Part shown: piece by piece, positions 59,618-64,000 of the stretch
Position numbering within the stretch: the first letter of the stretch is position 1
Layout: each line of letters starts with the position of its first letter
NCBI GenBank assembly: GCA_030530875.1
Contig: JAUMUD010000002.1
Span: 62,969 to 126,968, forward strand
From: Corynebacterium sp.
GTDB taxonomy: Bacteria; Actinomycetota; Actinomycetes; Mycobacteriales; Mycobacteriaceae
Direction: 5' to 3'
Length of the DNA stretch: 64,000 bases
Translations under genes and position numbers: made by a program
Notes under the pieces: model-generated
The model's database searches: none
The model's input: only the letters and a program-made list of their open reading frames with translations
Told to the model about the DNA's origin: nothing

Positions 59618-60154
59618 TTAGAGACCGAAGTCTTCTGGCTCTTCCCCACCCTTCGGGAACCTGGCTGCGAGAGCTTCCTTAGCCACGGACATGCTCATGC
59701 CTGGATTAAAACCACGACGGCCAAGCATACCGAGAATACGGCTGAGATACTTCTGGTATTCCATATAGTCAGCCGGTGGGTTCTTGAAGGAGCGCACTTT
59801 CTTCTCCGCAATGAGAGCCGCACGGGCACGCTCAGATTCATCAGTGACTTGCTCGAGAGCAGAGCGGCGCAGTTCCTCATTGATTCCCTTGAGCCGAAGC
59901 TCTTGGTTAAGCACTGCCCTGCTTTTGCCCTTCATCTCATGGCGCTGCCGCACCCACTCAAAGGCAAAGTCAACATCATTGACGTAGTTATAGCGCTTCA
60001 TAGTGGCAATAACTTCATCAATTTCCTCCGGTGGGAATTTGCCCTCACGGAGACGGTCACGAAGTTCTTTCTCGCTACGGCGACGGACCTCAAGTAAGCG
60101 GAGAGCCCGCTCCTGGCAACTAAGCCGGGAACGGGCCTTGTCCTTTTTAGGCAT
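59618..60154 (-). CDS. recX: Recombination regulator RecX
   Basis: [39 protein letters not shown]. Start overlaps the recA end. Confidence 0.92.
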   Translation of the reverse strand: MPKKDKARSRLSCQERALRLLEVRRRSEKELRDRLREGKFPPEEIDEVIATMKRYNYVNDVDFAFEWVRQRHEMKGKSRAVLNQELRLKGINEELRRSALEQVTDESERARAALIAEKKVRSFKNPPADYMEYQKYLSRILGMLGRRGFNPGMSMSVAKEALAARFPKGGEEPEDFGL

Positions 60155-61250
60155 CGAGGTCATCGTCGAATTCTTCGTCGAGGTCATCGCCCGGAACCAG
60201 GTCGATTTGCTCATCGCTCAGGTCCTCAGCGTTGGCATACTTGCCCACCTTGGCCTCACGGAAGATGCGGTCCTCAATGGCATCAGCCAACTCGGGATTT
60301 TCCTTGAGGTAGGTACGGACCTTCTCACGGCCCTGGCCGAGCTGGTCACCCTCGAAGGTGAACCAAGAACCGGACTTCTTGATAACACCCATCTCTACAC
60401 CAAGGTCAATGATGGAGCCTTCACGGGAAATACCCTCACCATAGAGGATGTCGAACTCGGCAACCTTGAATGGTGGGGCGACCTTGTTCTTCACAATCTT
60501 GATCTTGGTGCGGTTACCAATGGTGTCCTGACCATCCTTAAGGGCCTGGATGCGGCGAATATCGCAGCGCACAGAGGCATAGAACTTCAGGGCCTTACCA
60601 CCAGTGGTGGTTTCAGGGGAGCCGAACATCACGCCAATCTTGTCACGCAGCTGGTTAATGAAGATGGCCGTGGTACCGGACTGGTTAAGAGCACCGGTCA
60701 TCTTACGCAGAGCCTGGCTCATCAGACGGGCCTGGAGGCCCACGTGGCTATCACCCATATCACCCTCAATTTCAGCCTTTGGGGTAAGGGCGGCCACGGA
60801 GTCAATAACGATGATGTCAATGGCGCCGGAGCGGATAAGCATATCGGCAATTTCCAGTGCCTGCTCACCAGTATCTGGCTGGGAGACGAGCAAGTCATCG
60901 GTATTCACGCCGAGCTTGCGGGCATATTCAGGATCCAATGCGTGCTCAGCATCGATGAAGGCTGCAGTACCGCCAGCCTTCTGAGCCTCAGCAATAGCAT
61001 GGAGAGCAACAGTGGTCTTACCACTGGATTCAGGACCATAAATCTCAACAACACGGCCCTTAGGGAAACCGCCAATGCCAAGGGCAATGTCAATCGCCGT
61101 GTTGCCGGAAGAGATGGCTTGGATAGGAGGACGCGTGTCATCACCGAGACGCATAATCGCACCCTTGCCAAAGTCCTTCTCGATCTTGGCCAGTGCGGTT
61201 GCGAGAGCATCCTCACGGGAGTTCTTGGTGCTGGTCTTCTTAGCAGCCAT
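60147..61250 (-). CDS. recA: Recombinase RecA (no intein)
   Basis: [48 protein letters not shown]. Confidence 0.98.
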   Translation of the reverse strand: MAAKKTSTKNSREDALATALAKIEKDFGKGAIMRLGDDTRPPIQAISSGNTAIDIALGIGGFPKGRVVEIYGPESSGKTTVALHAIAEAQKAGGTAAFIDAEHALDPEYARKLGVNTDDLLVSQPDTGEQALEIADMLIRSGAIDIIVIDSVAALTPKAEIEGDMGDSHVGLQARLMSQALRKMTGALNQSGTTAIFINQLRDKIGVMFGSPETTTGGKALKFYASVRCDIRRIQALKDGQDTIGNRTKIKIVKNKVAPPFKVAEFDILYGEGISREGSIIDLGVEMGVIKKSGSWFTFEGDQLGQGREKVRTYLKENPELADAIEDRIFREAKVGKYANAEDLSDEQIDLVPGDDLDEEFDDDLDA

Positions 61251-61361
61251 GGGCACTACCTTTCACTTAAGCGTGGGAGAACTTCTCCCTACCCTTATTA
61301 GACGAATTAGCCTAAAAAATTCCGAAATAACTACGTAACAGCCTACAAGCCGATCGGGACA

Positions 61362-61538
61362 TTAATTCTTGAAGTCTTGTTCCAAGGCTTCCCAAATATC
61401 CCGAACACGAGTATCAGTCGACAATAATTCTAACGCAGTTTTACCATATTTTTCTAGAACATGGGTACTAACTATCCATTTGCCGTAATCACGGCCAAAT
61501 TTCTCTTCCACTGCCTCGTAAAATTCGGACAGAACCAC
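61362..61538 (-). CDS. DUF3046 family small protein
   Basis: Below the ORF-track cutoff, translated by hand: GTG start with GGAGG RBS, MVLSEFYEAVEEKFGRDYGKWIVSTHVLEKYGKTALELLSTDTRVRDIWEALEQDFKN. Usual position upstream of recA. Confidence 0.8.
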   Translation of the reverse strand: MVLSEFYEAVEEKFGRDYGKWIVSTHVLEKYGKTALELLSTDTRVRDIWEALEQDFKN

Positions 61539-61577
61539 TGGTATGTTACCTCCGGTTGTGTAGTGCCATAGACAGAG

Positions 61578-61599
61578 AAAAACCCCGCCGAAGCGGGGT
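61578..61599 (-). terminator. Terminator of pspA
   Basis: ACCCCGC-CGAA-GCGGGGT, with TTTTT on the minus strand. Confidence 0.65.
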
Positions 61600-61612
61600 C
61601 CGCCATACTGGC

Positions 61613-62356
61613 TTACTGCTCAATCTCGCCCTGCTTCTTAGCCTCAAGTTCAGCGCGCATCTGAGAGAGCATGTCATTGGCTTCAATGGCATTTGCATCA
61701 ATAGCAATCTGGTCCATTCGCACATTGATGTCATTGGAAGCCAGCTCGCTAGCACCCAGTGCCTTGGCGTAGCGGGCCTCAATCTTATTGCGAACAGAAT
61801 CCAGGCTTGGAACATCCTCGTCCACGATGGAGTTCATGCTGGAGATATTCTTGGCCACCTGCTCCTGCATCTTGGCCTGCTCAAGCTGCGTCAGAAGCTT
61901 GGTACGTTCAGCAACCTGGCTATTGAGGCGAGCAGCATTGCTCTCCACGGCAGCCTTAGCCTGCTCGGCCTGCTGAGCTGCAGCGGTGTAGAGTTCCTTG
62001 AGGTTAGCAATCTCAGTCTGAGTGCTCTTAAGCTGAACAGCCATGGCCTGCAGGGTCTTTTCCAGAGCCTGAGCCTCGCTGGTATTACCAGCATTCTGAG
62101 CAGCCATCTGCTGCTCCAGGCCCTTACGGATGCTTGCCTCGAGGCGCTTGGCCTCGGCATCCTTACGGCTAAGCTGCATCTCCAGCTGGCGCACATTACC
62201 AATCACGGAAGCAGCCTGATCAGTAAGGTTCTTGTGTCGCTTAGTAGCTTCAGCAATAGCCTGCTCAATCTGAACCTTTGGGTCAGCATGCTCATCAATC
62301 TTGGAGCTAAAGAGAGCAGACAGATACTTGAATGCCTTGGAAATAGGGTTAGCCAT
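61613..62356 (-). CDS. pspA: PspA/IM30 family protein
   Basis: MANPISKAFKY, ADPKVQIEQAI, coiled coil, KIEARYAKALG. Confidence 0.92.
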   Translation of the reverse strand: MANPISKAFKYLSALFSSKIDEHADPKVQIEQAIAEATKRHKNLTDQAASVIGNVRQLEMQLSRKDAEAKRLEASIRKGLEQQMAAQNAGNTSEAQALEKTLQAMAVQLKSTQTEIANLKELYTAAAQQAEQAKAAVESNAARLNSQVAERTKLLTQLEQAKMQEQVAKNISSMNSIVDEDVPSLDSVRNKIEARYAKALGASELASNDINVRMDQIAIDANAIEANDMLSQMRAELEAKKQGEIEQ

Positions 62357-62442
62357 AATAAAAACTCTTTTCTTTCAAACAGGCGGGAAGCATAATGCAG
62401 GCACAAGAAGTAGAGCCACCGCCGGTGGCTCCCACCCTTACC

Positions 62443-62745
62443 TTAAACGGCAACCTCAGTTGCAGCCATAGAACTAGCAGCTGTAATGAGAACCTCGGAT
62501 ACCGAAGTACCCAAAGCACGGCACACAGCAGCAAGCAGCTCGGAAGAAACTTCCTTGCGGCCACGCTCAAGCTCGGAGAGATAACCAGGAGAGACTCGGG
62601 ACTGCTCCGCGAGCTCACGCAGGGTCACACCATTTTCCGAACGCAGGGAGCGCAGGGCTGCACCCAAAGCTTCACGCAGGAGAGGCTCAGGTACCCGCTT
62701 CTGGGCGGCGGGCGTTTCAATTACTGTAGTGTATTTCATCATCAC
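62443..62745 (-). CDS. clgR: XRE-family activator ClgR
   Basis: EPLLREALGAALR, VSPGYLSELERGRKEVSSELLAAVC. Confidence 0.92.
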   Translation of the reverse strand: MMMKYTTVIETPAAQKRVPEPLLREALGAALRSLRSENGVTLRELAEQSRVSPGYLSELERGRKEVSSELLAAVCRALGTSVSEVLITAASSMAATEVAV

Positions 62746-62751
62746 CTCTTA

Positions 62752-62779
62752 TAACGAACGAGCGCCGGTTTTTGTTCCC
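62752..62779 (-). promoter_or_regulatory. ECF sigma (SigE/SigH-type) promoter of clgR
   Basis: Minus strand GGGAAC-N17-CGTTA, same architecture as the sigB promoter. Confidence 0.75.
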
Positions 62780-62800
62780 GATTAATACCTGTATCTTACA

Positions 62801-63328
62801 CTAAATTCCAGAAATCCTTGCTAACAGCAGGTCATAGCCCTGGATGCAGGATAGTAACCTCAATCCCTGACGACCAAAATCAGCAGGAGTGCTTCCATCG
62901 TAGCGGTCAAAGGTGACATTAATAGCTTCTACTCCAGAGGGACCTGCACACCCGAGCCAAATTTCTCCCACTGGATGCCCATCCTGCAAATCAGGTCCGG
63001 CGACGCCAGTAAAACTCAGCGCAAAATCACTCTCAGTACGCGCTCTCGCGCCAGAAGCCATCTCTTTTGCACATTGCTCGGTAATTGGGTCTAGCCCCTC
63101 TGTCACACCAACTAGAGCGTATTTAAGCTCAGTAGCGTAGGTGACAAAACCTCCTCGGAGCACCTTCGAAGCCCCTGGCACGCTGGCAAGAGTTGAGGCA
63201 GCAAGGCCAGCAGTCAGAGATTCACAGGTAGCAAGGCTAAACCCAGCATCAGTCATAGAACTAATAACAGAGGCAGCCTTAGCGTGAGCTTCACGCTCCA
63301 AATCATCAAGGAGATTAGGCAACTCCAC
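62801..63328 (-). CDS. cinA: CinA C-terminal domain protein (NMN deamidase-like)
   Basis: ATCESLTAG, PGASKVLRGGFVTYA, SFTGVAGP. Confidence 0.9.
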   Translation of the reverse strand: MELPNLLDDLEREAHAKAASVISSMTDAGFSLATCESLTAGLAASTLASVPGASKVLRGGFVTYATELKYALVGVTEGLDPITEQCAKEMASGARARTESDFALSFTGVAGPDLQDGHPVGEIWLGCAGPSGVEAINVTFDRYDGSTPADFGRQGLRLLSCIQGYDLLLARISGI

Positions 63329-63866
63329 TATTAACCTTCCGGAAGTCCAGAATGTACTGCACGCCAGTAACCACGGTAATTACTACGGCAACCAGCATGA
63401 CAATCAGCGGCAGAATCCACAGATTCGGTGGGAAAAGATACAGTGCCACAGCCACACTCTGCAGAGCGGTCTTAATCTTGCCACCCTTGGAAGCAGGCAC
63501 AACCCTACCCTGCCTTAGGACAATCATGCGCCAGAAAGTAATACCAAGCTCGCGAACAACAATCACAACAGTGATCCAAACAGGCAAGCTAAAGCTAATA
63601 TTAAGCACGACAAGAGCTGTAATCATCAGCGCCTTATCGGCAATTGGGTCGGCGATCTTTCCGAAATCCGTGATCAGGTTCTTTGCACGCGCAATATCTC
63701 CGTCCAGCTTATCTGTAATCATCAAAGCAATGAAGCAGATAAAAGGCCACCATGTCACACTATGGGCAAGTGCGAGCCAGGCAAAGACCGGAACGAACAC
63801 AATGCGCAAACAGGTCAAGAAATTCGGAAGGTTAAAATTACTAGCTTGCCTCACACCAAAATACAT
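63315..63866 (-). CDS. pgsA: CDP-diacylglycerol--glycerol-3-phosphate phosphatidyltransferase
   Basis: NLPNFLTCLRI, TDKLDGDIAR, FGKIADPIADK, ASKGGKIKT. Start could also be GTG 63854. Confidence 0.93.
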   Translation of the reverse strand: MYFGVRQASNFNLPNFLTCLRIVFVPVFAWLALAHSVTWWPFICFIALMITDKLDGDIARAKNLITDFGKIADPIADKALMITALVVLNISFSLPVWITVVIVVRELGITFWRMIVLRQGRVVPASKGGKIKTALQSVAVALYLFPPNLWILPLIVMLVAVVITVVTGVQYILDFRKVNSGVA

Positions 63867-63890
63867 TACCCTGGCGTACAATAAAATGTC

Positions 63891-64000
63891 ATGAAGACCT
63901 ACGCAATTGAGTATGAATATAATCCAGAAAACCCATTGATTGCTGAAATCCGCCCAGCCCACCGCGAATTTCTCGCAGGTCTTAAGACCAAGGGCATGCT
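63891..64000 (+). CDS. YciI family protein (partial)
   Basis: MKTYAIEYEY...IAEIRPAHREFLAGL (RPxHxxFL motif); runs off the window end. Confidence 0.75.
   Translation, partial: MKTYAIEYEYNPENPLIAEIRPAHREFLAGLKTKGM

Noticed and set aside
60147-61250. Possible intein in recA
   Set aside because: The ORF is normal length (about 367 aa) with contiguous motifs; no insertion.
1-64000. CRISPR arrays, IS elements, integrases, tRNA/rRNA genes, toxin-antitoxin or defence genes
   Set aside because: By eye I found no regularly spaced repeats, transposase or integrase motifs, cloverleaf structures or rRNA. All long ORFs are otherwise assigned. A covariance-model scan was not possible.

Overview
This looks like a Corynebacterium-type actinobacterial chromosome segment. 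It follows the conserved backbone DUF3039-DUF3099-methyltransferase-dtd-sigB-dtxR ... ahpDC-oxyR-hrpA-nrdR-lexA-sugR-ptsI-fruRKA-ptsH ... uraA-hflX-dapF-miaA-miaB-gluABCD-recX-recA-pspA-clgR-cinA-pgsA. I saw no rRNA, tRNA, CRISPR array, IS or integrase. The main departures from the backbone are: (1) a ~9 kb streptococcal/lactic-acid-bacterium-like melibiose-galactose island directly after ptsH (LacS-type permease with IIA domain, GH36 alpha-galactosidase, GalR, GalK, GalT, GalE), while the galE normally found after dtxR is missing; (2) a feoABC cassette with a candidate DtxR box that appears translationally coupled to hflX, uraA and two further ORFs, facing a gene with a Gly/Cys/His-rich tail; (3) a secreted, C-terminally anchored protein with GA-module-like repeats behind a 560 bp AT-rich region; (4) a frameshifted HxlR regulator, a stand-alone EIIA gene, tandem membrane paralogs and a LysR/acetyltransferase/cyclophilin-like module; and (5) loss of divS and of canonical SOS boxes. 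Family and taxonomic assignments come from recalled motifs, not from database searches.
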